A DNA stretch of 64,000 nt from Thermodesulfobacteriota bacterium (GCA_049322355.1 JBMORG010000006.1:22495-86494); one strand, 5' to 3'. Counted from the stretch's first letter, positions 46,113 through 56,258 are shown. Notes: generated by a model from the sequence alone, not told the origin. Numbers and translations: made by a program.

Positions 46113-46239
46113 CGAGCCAATCTGGTCCAAGGGAACACTCAAAACCATGAAAGTATCAACTCCCCGCAGCTATCAGCATGCGCTAGCACAGGCGAGACGC
46201 CTGTGCCACCAAAGACATTTTCAGGATAAAAATTAATAC

Positions 46240-47322
46240 ATGACGACACCCAAGAAAGGCAAGGAAACTACGCTTCCGACCCCTCACCCGGAAACCGGGC
46301 TCAGATTTTTCCGGGACATCGTGGGGCAGGATTGGGTCGTGTCGCATTTAAAAACCGCCATGGCTGCGGGGCGGTTGTCCCATGCCTACCTGTTCCTGGG
46401 GCCGGCGGGGGTGGGCAAGGCCACCACGGCGAAGGCATTGGCCGCGGCTTTGAACTGTGCTGCGCCTGCGGCTGACGGTGACGCCTGCGGGGCCTGCCCC
46501 TCGTGCCGCCGCCTGGCCGCGGGCACCCATCCCGACTTTTTGGTGATTACCCCGGAAGAGTCGAAGGCCCAGATCAATATCGATCAAATCCGGGAACTAC
46601 GCCGTCTGACCGGTTATCCGCCCTTGGGCGGCGGCTGGCGGGTGGTGTTGATCAAGCCCGCGGAAGCCCTGAGTGCGATCAGCGACGCCGCGGCCAATGC
46701 CCTGCTCAAAACCCTGGAAGAGCCTCCTGACCGGCATCTGCTGGTGCTTACGGCCCGAGGCGAAGCCGACCTTCTGCCCACCATCGTCTCCCGGTGCCAT
46801 AAATTGGCCTTTGGGCCGCTGCCGTCGGCCTTGATCATCAGAGAATTGGAAAGCCGGCGAGGACTGCCATCTACCCAGGCGGCCCTGGTGGCCGCCTTGA
46901 GCGGCGGTTCCCTGGGCCGGGCCTTGACTCTCGACCCGGAGGAACTGATCAAGCAGCGGGACCAGGTGCTTAAGGATTTGGGGCAATTAAGGCAAGGTTC
47001 GACTGCGGCAGTCCTGGATTGGGCTCAACGCCTGACTAAAAATCGTGCAGACTTGGAGAATTTTCTTCTGTTGGGGCAACTCTGGTACCGGGACCTCTTG
47101 TTGAGCCATTTTCGGGCCCCGGCCCATCTCCTGGCCCACCAGGATCTTTTGCCGACCCTGGAGCATGAACAGACAGGAGGCCTTCCCGACACCTGGTTCG
47201 CCAATTTTAAGGCTTTAGGGATGGCCCAGCGACAACTGGCGGCCAACCTCAACCCGGAATTGACCCTGGATATCCTGGGCTTTAAGCTTGCAACCCCAAG
47301 GAAACGTTATGACCTTAATTAA
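46240..47322 (+). CDS. holB: DNA polymerase III delta-prime subunit
   Basis: HAYLFLGPAGVGKATTA. Zn-module CGACPSCRRLAAGTHPDF. SRC motif. Confidence 0.9.
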   Translation: MTTPKKGKETTLPTPHPETGLRFFRDIVGQDWVVSHLKTAMAAGRLSHAYLFLGPAGVGKATTAKALAAALNCAAPAADGDACGACPSCRRLAAGTHPDFLVITPEESKAQINIDQIRELRRLTGYPPLGGGWRVVLIKPAEALSAISDAAANALLKTLEEPPDRHLLVLTARGEADLLPTIVSRCHKLAFGPLPSALIIRELESRRGLPSTQAALVAALSGGSLGRALTLDPEELIKQRDQVLKDLGQLRQGSTAAVLDWAQRLTKNRADLENFLLLGQLWYRDLLLSHFRAPAHLLAHQDLLPTLEHEQTGGLPDTWFANFKALGMAQRQLAANLNPELTLDILGFKLATPRKRYDLN

Positions 47323-48145
47323 GATCTGTCTCGGACCCGGCAACCAATGCTGTCTGGCGGATCCGGGGCCTCTTACCCTTAAGCCCCAAGACCGGGTGGT
47401 AGTGGAAAACGAGACCGGCCTGAAACTGGGCAAAGTGATGGGCGTCTATCCCGACGTCGATCCCCAAATGGTCTCCGGCCAGGTAAAGACCCTGGTGCGG
47501 CTGGCCACCCCCGAAGACTTGGCTCAGGAAGAGAAAAACCGGCTCCTGGAACAACGGGCCCTGCAATATTGCCAGGAACGGGTGGAGATTCATAAGTTGC
47601 CTATCTATCTGGTGAAAGTGGAGTGCCTGTTCGACGCCTCCAAGATCATCTTCTATTTCACCGCTCCCGGGCGGGTGGATTTCCGGGAACTGGTCAAGGA
47701 CCTGGTCCAGGAATTCCGCACCCGCATTGAATTGCGGCAGATCGGGGTTCGCCACCGGGCCAAGATGGTGGGGGGCCTGGGCATCTGCGGCCGAGGGTTG
47801 TGCTGCGCCCATTTTCTCCGGGATTTCGAGCCAGTGAGCGTGCGCATGGCCAAGGAACAGCAGCTCAGCCTCAACCCCAACAAGATTTCCGGCATCTGCG
47901 GCCGCCTGATGTGCTGTCTCACCTATGAGTACTCCTCGTACCAGGAACTCAGGAAGTCCCTACCCAAAGTGGGCAAACGCCTCCAGGCCCCGGAGGGGGA
48001 AGGAAAAATCATTCGCTACAATTTCATCCGGGAGACCGTCACCCTGGAGATGGAAGACAAGCGGGAGGTGGAATTTACCCTGGCCGAACTGGGCATCGTC
48101 ACGACCGGACCGTCGACCCCGGCGGAGGTGGAATTAGAGGAATAG
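47309..48145 (+). CDS. PSP1-domain protein (RicT/YaaT-like)
   Basis: Cys-rich GICGRGLCCAHFL ... ICGRLMCCLTYE is typical of the PSP1 C-terminal domain. Follows holB as in Bacillus. Confidence 0.8.
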   Translation: MTLIKICLGPGNQCCLADPGPLTLKPQDRVVVENETGLKLGKVMGVYPDVDPQMVSGQVKTLVRLATPEDLAQEEKNRLLEQRALQYCQERVEIHKLPIYLVKVECLFDASKIIFYFTAPGRVDFRELVKDLVQEFRTRIELRQIGVRHRAKMVGGLGICGRGLCCAHFLRDFEPVSVRMAKEQQLSLNPNKISGICGRLMCCLTYEYSSYQELRKSLPKVGKRLQAPEGEGKIIRYNFIRETVTLEMEDKREVEFTLAELGIVTTGPSTPAEVELEE

Positions 48146-48199
48146 AGTGGTCCGAGCTAAGGACTATGCTGATCCCCGGGCGGGAAAACGGGAGCCGTA

Positions 48200-48889
48200 A
48201 TGGATGAAGTCGATAAGACCCTGGAAGCCTTAAAAGTCCACATCAAGAAGGAAATTGTCGACAATTATTTTGCCGACCGGGTGTACCTGGAAGAGGATAC
48301 CGAACTTCTTAACCAGGAAATCCAGGCCTACTCTAAAGACTTGGACATTCTGGGCAAGCGCTTCATGGCCCTATACCAGGCTCTGGGCTCAAAAAATGCC
48401 TGCGCCTTGATGATGGATATTCTGAAGATTGAGACCTGGCCGTTTTACCTGGAGTACTGTAATTTAGAGCTCCGGCAACAACAAGACCTGCTCCGGGATT
48501 TTCCCCGTCGCGGCCTTACCGCGTTCCGCCGCTTCCGCAACCAGATCTTTGACCTCTATGACCGCTTGCAGCAGGAAAGCGTCAGGGTCCACGAAGCTTA
48601 CAACAAGATCCAGACGCACCTGAAACTCCTCAACGAAGACATAAACAAGTTTAACCTCTCGTATGATTTCGGTCTGATTGCGGCCCAGATCGAGGCTATG
48701 GATGGCGGCCGGGACGAATTCATGGCCGGGGGCATGTTGGCCCCGGAGCGAGAAGAGCTCTCCACCCGCATGCGTTTTAAACGCCAGAAGTTGACGGACG
48801 AGCAGTTGCCGCCGGTGCCGGTTCTACCGCCCCTGGCTGAAATCAAGGGAAAACTGAAGGACCTCCTGGACCGGATCTATACTTCGTAA
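48200..48889 (+). CDS. Hypothetical coiled-coil protein, 229 aa
   Basis: Helical and charged, with no recognised motif. Same strand as holB-PSP1. Confidence 0.5.
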   Translation: MDEVDKTLEALKVHIKKEIVDNYFADRVYLEEDTELLNQEIQAYSKDLDILGKRFMALYQALGSKNACALMMDILKIETWPFYLEYCNLELRQQQDLLRDFPRRGLTAFRRFRNQIFDLYDRLQQESVRVHEAYNKIQTHLKLLNEDINKFNLSYDFGLIAAQIEAMDGGRDEFMAGGMLAPEREELSTRMRFKRQKLTDEQLPPVPVLPPLAEIKGKLKDLLDRIYTS

Positions 48890-48960
48890 AGAGATTACCA
48901 TGACACGGGGCAACCCTTTGGGATACGGTTTCCAGGCCACGCCGCGAGAGGGAACAAGCC

Positions 48961-49632
48961 ATGGGAAAAACTATCAGATTCCTGGTTCTTGTCCTGATGG
49001 GCTTCAGCCTGGCAGGCTGCGCCAGCTATTATAACGTCAAGGTCAACGGCTACACCGCTCCTGTTGCCGCCGGGGAGATCAAACCCGGTAGCACCTTTTT
49101 CGTCATGGAAAATAAAGAGGCCAAAAATCCTTTATTGGAGCAGGAAATTAGAGATAAAATCACCAAGCTCCTGGAGGTCAGAGGCTATCCTGTCACCACC
49201 ACCTTCGACAAAGCCGATTATTACCTGTTTTTCGGGTACGGTCTGGGTGAGCCGCGCAGTGTCGGTGTGCCGGAATACTATGGCGGCGTTGGTTGGGGAT
49301 GGGGTTGGGGGGGCGGCTGGGGATGCGGATGGGGCGGCCCGGCCGTTTGCCTGGGGGGGCCGCCTTACGGGTACTGGTGGACGGATATCGTTACCCTCTA
49401 CGACCGCTGGCTGCAGATCAACGTAGTGGAGGGGCCGCCCTACCGTACCCAAAAGATCTCGCGCTCTGTCTGGGTAGGGGAAGCCCGGAGCACCGGTTTT
49501 TCCTCTGACCTTCGGACCGTGCTCAACTACTTGCTGGTGGCAAATTTCAAGGAGTTTGGCAAAAACACCGGTAAGGCCGTCACCATTAACATAAAGCAGG
49601 ACGATCCTGCAGTCTTTGCCCTTACCCATTAA
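48961..49632 (+). CDS. Lipoprotein (DUF4136-like) with Gly/Trp-rich insert
   Basis: Lipobox LAGC. Insert GGVGWGWGWGGGWGCGWGG. Confidence 0.5.
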   Translation: MGKTIRFLVLVLMGFSLAGCASYYNVKVNGYTAPVAAGEIKPGSTFFVMENKEAKNPLLEQEIRDKITKLLEVRGYPVTTTFDKADYYLFFGYGLGEPRSVGVPEYYGGVGWGWGWGGGWGCGWGGPAVCLGGPPYGYWWTDIVTLYDRWLQINVVEGPPYRTQKISRSVWVGEARSTGFSSDLRTVLNYLLVANFKEFGKNTGKAVTINIKQDDPAVFALTH

Positions 49633-49705
49633 ATAAGTTATTTGTTTTTCGTTAAAATGTTTAATGATGGCAGTCATGTAGCCCGCCTTACTGACAGGAT
49701 AACCC

Positions 49706-51055
49706 TTGAGTAACTATTCGACGAATTTAAGAGATTTTTTCCGCCACCGCCTTTGGCAGGATGAGGGATGGGGACCAGGGGAACTCCTGGCCCTGAAATG
49801 CTTGCGGGTCCTAGTTTTGGCGGTTCGTGGCCTTATGCGCAACCAATCTATGGTGCGCTCCTCCTCTCTGGCCTATGCCACCATTTTGGGATTCATCCCG
49901 CTTTTCGCCCTGCTCTTTGCGATTTTACAGGCCATTGGCGTGCCGCGTCTTTTAGCCACTTATACTTTGGAGCATCTGGCTCCGGGGTCCCGGGAATTCG
50001 CCACCCAAATCCTGGAATACATCGAGGCCACCAGGGTGACCTCCCTGGGGGTCTTTGGGGTGGTGGCGCTGCTCCTGGACCTGGTGATCGTCATGACCAA
50101 CGTGGAAAAGGCCTTTAACAAAACCTGGCAGGTCTCCCATACCCGCCCTTGGAGCCGCAAGGTCAGCGACTATCTCAGTATCTTTTTGATTTTTCCCATA
50201 CTGATGACCGTGGCCCTGACGTTTTCCACCTCTTTCTGGGGACTGCAGCATGTCATCAAGGTCTTGTCCGACATCATGCCGGCCATCTTTTTTACCGCAA
50301 CAAGGTGGCTCATCTCGTTAGAGTTGCTGTGGCTTGCCTTTATCTTTATTTACCTGGTGATGCCCAACACCCGGGTCAATTTCTGGTCTGCGGTGCTGGG
50401 CGGGGTCATCGGGGGCACGGTCTGGCAGGTGGCCCAATGGATTTTCACTGCGATTCAGGGATGGTCCGCCTATTACAATGCCATTTATGGAGCCTTGTAT
50501 AATCTCCTTTTCCTGTTCATCTGGCTCTTCTGGTGTTGGCTTATCCTGTTGTTCGGCACCGAGATCGCCTTTGCCCATCAGAACCTGGACTCTCTCACCC
50601 GGGAACAGCGACGCCCACCTGCCCCGCCGGAGCCGGTGGACGAATACCTCTGCCTGGCGGCGCTGGTGGCCATCGGAGCGAGATTTTGGCTGCGGCAGCC
50701 TCTTCTATCCCTAAACGAACTGAGTCAGATGCTGCCCCGGGGCAACAATCTGGCCCCCCGGGTTCTCCAGACCCTTCAGGACTGCAATTTGGTGGCGGAG
50801 GTGGCCCCGAACCGGCCCAAATCCTCCCCAGGCTACTTACCCACCCTGCCCCTGGATAGGGTCACGGTTACAGAAGTAGTGGATTGCCTGCGGAAGTCCC
50901 GAGGAACCGCCCTGGACACGGCACTGGCCAGCGAACCCCGTTTGACGGCGGTACTGCAACCTCTGGTGGAAGCCTCTTTGCCCTCCGGCTGGCAATCCCT
51001 CACTGTCCAGAGTCTGGTGGAGGCTTTTGCTAAACCCGGGGTACAGGGAGAATGA
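49706..51055 (+). CDS. YihY/BrkB-family inner-membrane protein with C-terminal soluble extension
   Basis: SLAYATILGFIPLFALLF and a 6-TM core. C-terminal extension of about 150 aa. Confidence 0.7.
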   Translation: MSNYSTNLRDFFRHRLWQDEGWGPGELLALKCLRVLVLAVRGLMRNQSMVRSSSLAYATILGFIPLFALLFAILQAIGVPRLLATYTLEHLAPGSREFATQILEYIEATRVTSLGVFGVVALLLDLVIVMTNVEKAFNKTWQVSHTRPWSRKVSDYLSIFLIFPILMTVALTFSTSFWGLQHVIKVLSDIMPAIFFTATRWLISLELLWLAFIFIYLVMPNTRVNFWSAVLGGVIGGTVWQVAQWIFTAIQGWSAYYNAIYGALYNLLFLFIWLFWCWLILLFGTEIAFAHQNLDSLTREQRRPPAPPEPVDEYLCLAALVAIGARFWLRQPLLSLNELSQMLPRGNNLAPRVLQTLQDCNLVAEVAPNRPKSSPGYLPTLPLDRVTVTEVVDCLRKSRGTALDTALASEPRLTAVLQPLVEASLPSGWQSLTVQSLVEAFAKPGVQGE

Positions 51056-51132
51056 CCTAGGACTTAAGCATAGCCGGAATTACAAAACCGCTGCGCCAAC
51101 AGGCCTTCTTAGGGGGAGTATAGGAGAATCTT

Positions 51133-51654
51133 ATGACCACCAAGCCCAAGTATCATTTTAACTGGGGACTATTAGGGAACCTGGATCTCGGGCGGCCCAA
51201 TCTCGGACCTACCTCTCGTCTGGAAGTCTATCGTCTCTTGCAGTTCAGCCTGCGCGATATCCTGGAACGCCAGATGGGGACAGAAAAGACCGACCAGATT
51301 TTCCATGAGGCGGGTAAACTGGCGGGGAGCCAATTCTACGAGCACGTACTGGACCGGGTCACAGACTTCGATGTCTTTATCAAGCATATTCAAAGCGCCT
51401 TCAAAGACCTGGGCATCGGAATCTTTCGGGTGGAACAGGCTGACCTGGAAGCCAAATCCTTCATCTTTACGGTCTCCGAAGACTTGGACTGTTCCGGCCT
51501 GCCGGAGTTGGATTACGTAATTTGCACTTATGATGAAGGGTTTATCGCAGGCTTGCTGGAGAGCTTTGCCGGGATAGCCTTTGTTGTCAAGGAAGTGGAT
51601 TGCTGGTGTACCGGTGCCCGCACCTGCCGGTTTACCGCCAAAGCGGTGGCATAG
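51133..51654 (+). CDS. V4R (4-vinyl reductase) domain protein
   Basis: C-terminal DCWCTGARTCRF motif and overall length fit V4R domains. Confidence 0.55.
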   Translation: MTTKPKYHFNWGLLGNLDLGRPNLGPTSRLEVYRLLQFSLRDILERQMGTEKTDQIFHEAGKLAGSQFYEHVLDRVTDFDVFIKHIQSAFKDLGIGIFRVEQADLEAKSFIFTVSEDLDCSGLPELDYVICTYDEGFIAGLLESFAGIAFVVKEVDCWCTGARTCRFTAKAVA

Positions 51655-51695
51655 TCTTGTTTGGGGCAATCGGTAATTATGAAGGATATGACAGG

Positions 51696-51929
51696 ATGAA
51701 ACCCCCAGCCGACTACCGGGAGCGCTCTCTGAAGATTCACGGGATGATTTGCGCCAAATGCGGCCGGGAATTCACCCAGAGAAACCGGCGGCTGTTAACG
51801 GTCCACCATAAAGACGGCAATCCCCAGAATAATCCCCCGGATGGCTCCAATTGGGAAAATCTCTGCGTTTATTGCCATGAGGACGAGCACAGCCGGAAAC
51901 TCCTGGGTGACTATCTCAGCAAGGAATAA
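51696..51929 (+). CDS. YajD-like HNH endonuclease-family protein
   Basis: CAKCG ... VHHKDGNPQNN ... NLCVYCHEDEH. Confidence 0.75.
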   Translation: MKPPADYRERSLKIHGMICAKCGREFTQRNRRLLTVHHKDGNPQNNPPDGSNWENLCVYCHEDEHSRKLLGDYLSKE

Positions 51930-51968
51930 CGGATTATAATTCCTTTCAGATCGAATAATCCGAGGGTA

Positions 51969-52409
51969 ATGATGAAACCAAAAGCTTGGCAGATTGTCTT
52001 TGTGGCGGCGGCCTTGATGTTGGCCGTCGCCGGACCGGTCCGGGCCCAGGGTGACGCCGATCTCACCAAAAAGTTGGTGGAGAGCTACGACTTGCTGGAG
52101 GCAGGCAAACTGCTTCAAGCCCAGGAACTCTACCAGGAAATTCTGAAACAGGACCCGGGCAATCCTCTGGCCTTGAATAATCTGGGGGCTATTAAGGTCA
52201 AAGAGAAAAAATATCCCGAGGCCCTGAAATATTTAGAACAGGCCCTGCCTCGGGCTGAGGGATATAAAATCAAGGTCAACCAGGTATGCGCCATAGACGG
52301 TATCTGCATGGCCTTCCGACCCTTGCAGGAGGTTTACGGGGATACGGAGCTCTCGCCTCTGATCAAATTCAATATGGACATGGTCAAGGCCCGGCTGGCC
52401 ACCCGGTAG
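51969..52409 (+). CDS. Secreted TPR-domain protein
   Basis: Signal peptide and TPR-like YQEILKQDPGNPLALNNLGAI. Confidence 0.55.
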   Translation: MMKPKAWQIVFVAAALMLAVAGPVRAQGDADLTKKLVESYDLLEAGKLLQAQELYQEILKQDPGNPLALNNLGAIKVKEKKYPEALKYLEQALPRAEGYKIKVNQVCAIDGICMAFRPLQEVYGDTELSPLIKFNMDMVKARLATR

Positions 52410-52423
52410 TGGAAATCACCGGC

Positions 52424-53104
52424 CTATTTTTTGCTTCCAGCCTCCGCGGCGGCCAGTTTCTCCTGGAGATAGGGGACCATGGCGGCGTCCGGGGGCTTTT
52501 CCAGGAGCTTACGCCAATAAACCGCGGCTTGGCCCGGTTCTTTGGCCTGTTCATGGAGCAGAGCCAACCGGTGGATGACTTCGATCTGCAGCGGGCCATA
52601 GGTTTTTTCCACCAAGGGCTTTAAGACCTCTGCCGCCTTTTGGTAATTGCCCATACCTTCATAACAATAACTCAAACTTTCGGTAATCAGGTTATCCCAA
52701 GCTGGGTCGCGGCCGTCCAGGAGGGATTCATAGGCCTTGGCGGCCTCGCTGTATTGCTGTAGCCCGTAAAGAATATTGGCCCGCAGGAGTTGGGCTTCCC
52801 GGGCCGCGGCGGTGCCGGGATATTCCTTGATAAACTTTTCCAGATCAGTGGCTGCGGCCAGGGCCGGGATATTCAGGTCGATCTTGGGGGTCACCTGCGC
52901 CAGGGCTGTCGCGGCCTTTTCTTCCCGGCTGGCTTGCATCCTGGCCTTGATTCCCCAGGCCCCCAGGCCCACAGCGATCACCACCGTTACCAACACCAGC
53001 CATTTTATAAAGGGCTTCAGCCTCTCCAGTAAAAGCTGGGCCCAGGTTAACATTGCATCGGGGCTGTCCAGCGCCACCCGGCGCTTGGGGGTTATTTTGG
53101 CCAT
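52424..53104 (-). CDS. Membrane-anchored TPR protein (YfgM-like)
   Basis: Single N-terminal TM followed by a TPR-like region. Confidence 0.55.
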   Translation of the reverse strand: MAKITPKRRVALDSPDAMLTWAQLLLERLKPFIKWLVLVTVVIAVGLGAWGIKARMQASREEKAATALAQVTPKIDLNIPALAAATDLEKFIKEYPGTAAAREAQLLRANILYGLQQYSEAAKAYESLLDGRDPAWDNLITESLSYCYEGMGNYQKAAEVLKPLVEKTYGPLQIEVIHRLALLHEQAKEPGQAAVYWRKLLEKPPDAAMVPYLQEKLAAAEAGSKK

Positions 53105-53245
53105 GTATGTCTCCTACCATCCCATAGACTGTGTAGAACAGCCGCCCTCGGCTGTTCAGGGAGGCAGGCGAGGGTGCCTGCCCTATGCCTGCTTTGACTA
53201 CAGTCCCCTTTGAGGGCGCCCACAGATTTGCCCTACAATTCGCTA

Positions 53246-53716
53246 TCAGTCATCCTTCATCAATTCCCGCACCAGTTCCCAACTCCGTTCGCCGTGGCCG
53301 CTGAAGATGAGGCGGCGTTCGGTTTCCCCGGTGATTTCCAGGTGGACTTCCAGGTAATCGCCGGGGAGCAAGGGGGCCAGGCGCCGGGCCCATTCCGCTG
53401 CCACCACCTTATCCCCGGCAAGATATTCCTCCAAGTCCGGGAGCAGTTCCGGCGGCAGGTTCTCCAGGCGGTAGAGGTCCAGGTGCACCAGGGTAACCCG
53501 GCCTGGGTACTCATGCGCCAGGGTGAAGCTGGGGCTGGCGACCAAATGGGGCGGTATCTCCAGAGCTTCAGCCAGACCATGGACAAACTCGGTCTTGCCG
53601 CTGCCCAACTCCCCGTTTAAGGCCACCACATCCCCCGGGACCAGGAACCTCCCCACCTTGGCCGCCAGGGCCCGGGTTTCTTCGGGACTGTGGCTTATCC
53701 AACGGTACGGCTTCAT
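53246..53716 (-). CDS. tsaE: tRNA t6A biosynthesis ATPase TsaE
   Basis: GDVVALNGELGSGKTEFVHGL. Confidence 0.9.
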   Translation of the reverse strand: MKPYRWISHSPEETRALAAKVGRFLVPGDVVALNGELGSGKTEFVHGLAEALEIPPHLVASPSFTLAHEYPGRVTLVHLDLYRLENLPPELLPDLEEYLAGDKVVAAEWARRLAPLLPGDYLEVHLEITGETERRLIFSGHGERSWELVRELMKDD

Positions 53717-53728
53717 GCCGAGATAACC

Positions 53729-53808
53729 AAAATCCCCCTAAATCCCCCTTTAAAAAGGGGGACTTTCAAAACACCCCCCTTTAGTAAATGGAGGTAGGGG
53801 GGATTTTT
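53729..53808. repeat. Repeat family B, copy B3
   Basis: aatccccctaaatccccctttaaaaagggggactttc ... cccccctttagtaaatggaggtaggggggatttt. Confidence 0.8.
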
Positions 53809-53881
53809 TCGAAATAGCGGCTTCACATCCTGCGCCTGCACAGGCGGGATGCCTATGCCACCCGGTGAACGCAACATCGCC

Positions 53882-54343
53882 TCAGTCGCCGGGTTCCCGG
53901 GCCATGGCCCGGACTAAATCCATCTTGCCGATGATGCCCACGAGCTTCTCACCCTCCACCACCGGGATGGTGTGCACTTTCTGCTTGGCCATAAGGGCCG
54001 CGACCTTGGAAATCGGGGTTTCCGGAGCCACCGTGACAGGATTGGCAGTCATGCAGTCCCCCACCGTGGTGCCCAACATCTTCTCCACCTTGTGAAACAG
54101 GTGGGAAGGGATCTGGAGATAAATATGGAAGTCCAGGATATTGATGGCCGGCGGCAACTCCAAATCCCTGGCCCGCTCCACCAAATCGCTCTGGGTAATG
54201 ACCCCCACCAGCCGGCCGCCCTTATCCACCACCGGCACGCCCCCGATTTTGCGGTTTTCCAGGAGCTTGGACAACTCCGAAATGGAGGTTTCCGGGGCCA
54301 CTGTCAGGATTTCCGTGGTCATGATATCACGCGCTTGCAGCAT
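53882..54343 (-). CDS. CBS-pair domain protein
   Basis: Two CBS motifs (DIMTTEILTV..., DCMTANPVTV...). Confidence 0.8.
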   Translation of the reverse strand: MLQARDIMTTEILTVAPETSISELSKLLENRKIGGVPVVDKGGRLVGVITQSDLVERARDLELPPAINILDFHIYLQIPSHLFHKVEKMLGTTVGDCMTANPVTVAPETPISKVAALMAKQKVHTIPVVEGEKLVGIIGKMDLVRAMAREPGD

Positions 54344-55914
54344 ATATCTTCCTCTTCCAGGGGGATTTGGCCCTGGATGAACCGGTCCAGGACGTCGGGA
54401 AAGACCCGGAGCAAATCGCCGGCGATGAGGCCCCGGGGGCCATGCTGGCTGACAAAATAATCGGCGGCCAAGCCGTGGAGGTAAACGCCCAGGCGGGCCG
54501 CGTCCCAGGGGGTTAGACCCTGGGCCAGGAAACCCCCTATTAACCCGGTGAGCACGTCCCCGGTGCCGCCGCTGGCCAGGGCGGGATTGCCCGTGGGGTT
54601 GAGGCTGACCCGGCCGTCTTCGGCGGCTACCAGGGTCTGGGCCCCTTTGAGCACCAGGGTGACGCCCAACTTGACAGCAGTCTCTCGAGCCAGGTCCAGG
54701 CGCCGGGCCTGCACTTCGCTAACGGAGAGCCCTAGCAACCGGGCCATTTCGCCGGGGTGGGGGGTCAGGAGGCGGGGGCCGGCGGCGTCTTGCAAACAAG
54801 ATGTATCGCCGGCCAGGTTATTGACGCCATCGGCGTCGATGACCATAGCGTGAGGCAGGTCATGCACCAGGCGGCGGACCAGTTCCCGGGTCTCCGGATG
54901 GGTGCCCAGCCCCGGCCCCAGAGCCAGGGTGAATTTTTCGCCCAGAAAGTCCCTTATGGGTGCTAAAGCTTCCTGCCCCAGAACCCGGGTCCCTGTAGGT
55001 TCGGGCAAGGGTACAGTCATGGCCTCGGTGAGCTTCACTTCCATAATATCGTTGAGGCTGGCTGGTATTCCCAGGGTCACCAATCCAGCCCCGGCCCGGA
55101 GCGCCGCCTCGGAAGTCAGAGCCGCGGCCCCGGTCTTGCCTTCGGAGCCGGCCAGGACCAACAGGTGGCCGAAAGTCCCCTTGTTGCTGGCAAAGGGCCG
55201 GGGGGGCAACAGCCGCCGCAGGTCTTGGGCCTCGGCCAGTTCCAGTGTAATTTCCCGGGTGAGCCCCGGCGGGATGCTGATGTCCACCTGCCAGAGGCGG
55301 CCCACGTAATCCCGGCCCGGCGGGACAATTTGCCCGAGTTTGGGCCAGCCGTAGGTTGCGGTGACCCGGGCCTTCAGGGCTACACCCAGCACCTCCCCGG
55401 TGTCGGCGGAAAGCCCGGTAGGGATATCCACCGCCAGCGCCGGCGCCCGCAAATGGTTGAGGCGCTCGATCAGCGCCGCCATCAGACCCTGAACCGGGGA
55501 ATTGAGGCCGGTACCTAAAAGGGCGTCCACGATGAGTCCGGCCTTGGCCAGACGATGCACGGCAGGGTTTAAGTCGGCTTCAGTGAGGATTTCTTCTACC
55601 GCAACCCCCAGGTGGGCAAGGATATCCAGATTAACCCGGGCATCACCCCGTACCTGCTCCCGCTCCCCCAAAAGAAACACGACCACCGGGATGCCGGCGT
55701 TCGCCAGGCAGCGGGCCACTACAAAGCCGTCGCCGCCGTTGTTGCCCCGTCCGGCCACCACTGCCACTTCCCCCTGGAGGTCGGGAAATTCCCGCCGGAG
55801 AATCTGGTAGGTGGTGCGCCCGGCATTTTCCATGAGAACCAGGGAAGGGACGCCCAGGTCCTGAATGGCCCGGCGGTCCAATTCCCGCATCTCCGATGCC
55901 GTCACGAGTTTCAT
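54319..55914 (-). CDS. nnr: Bifunctional NAD(P)H-hydrate repair enzyme (epimerase + ADP-dependent dehydratase)
   Basis: N-terminal YjeF_N region GRGNNGGDGFVVAR. C-terminal carbohydrate-kinase-like GGTGDVLTG. Confidence 0.9.
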   Translation of the reverse strand: MKLVTASEMRELDRRAIQDLGVPSLVLMENAGRTTYQILRREFPDLQGEVAVVAGRGNNGGDGFVVARCLANAGIPVVVFLLGEREQVRGDARVNLDILAHLGVAVEEILTEADLNPAVHRLAKAGLIVDALLGTGLNSPVQGLMAALIERLNHLRAPALAVDIPTGLSADTGEVLGVALKARVTATYGWPKLGQIVPPGRDYVGRLWQVDISIPPGLTREITLELAEAQDLRRLLPPRPFASNKGTFGHLLVLAGSEGKTGAAALTSEAALRAGAGLVTLGIPASLNDIMEVKLTEAMTVPLPEPTGTRVLGQEALAPIRDFLGEKFTLALGPGLGTHPETRELVRRLVHDLPHAMVIDADGVNNLAGDTSCLQDAAGPRLLTPHPGEMARLLGLSVSEVQARRLDLARETAVKLGVTLVLKGAQTLVAAEDGRVSLNPTGNPALASGGTGDVLTGLIGGFLAQGLTPWDAARLGVYLHGLAADYFVSQHGPRGLIAGDLLRVFPDVLDRFIQGQIPLEEEDICCKRVIS

Positions 55915-56172
55915 GTCTCAACCTGGGTCCGGATTTTCGGTTTAAGATAACACAGCCCTCGGGGTAAAGGAAGCGGTCAGCTAACAGCTTTCAGCTATAA
56001 GCTAAAAACAGGAAAATCTCAGAAGGGGCGCATTGCAGCCAACAACCTCCTCTTAAGATAGCGGGTACAGAGGCCAGCAACACTGATGGATTTGTTTTGG
56101 GTGAAGCAAAAATTGGCATAAAACGGCCCGCAGGATCGATTGACATTTTAGCCTCAAAAAAGTCTCCTTCCC

Positions 56173-56258
56173 TGTCATTCTCAGGGGGCGGGGCGCCCGT
56201 AGAAGAAGAATCTCGCTTTTTCGAGATTCTTCGGTCGCTTAGCTCCCTCAAAACGACA
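56173..56258. repeat. Repeat family D, copy D3
   Basis: gtcattctcaggg..gaagaatctcgctttttcgagattcttc..ctcaaaacgaca. Confidence 0.7.
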
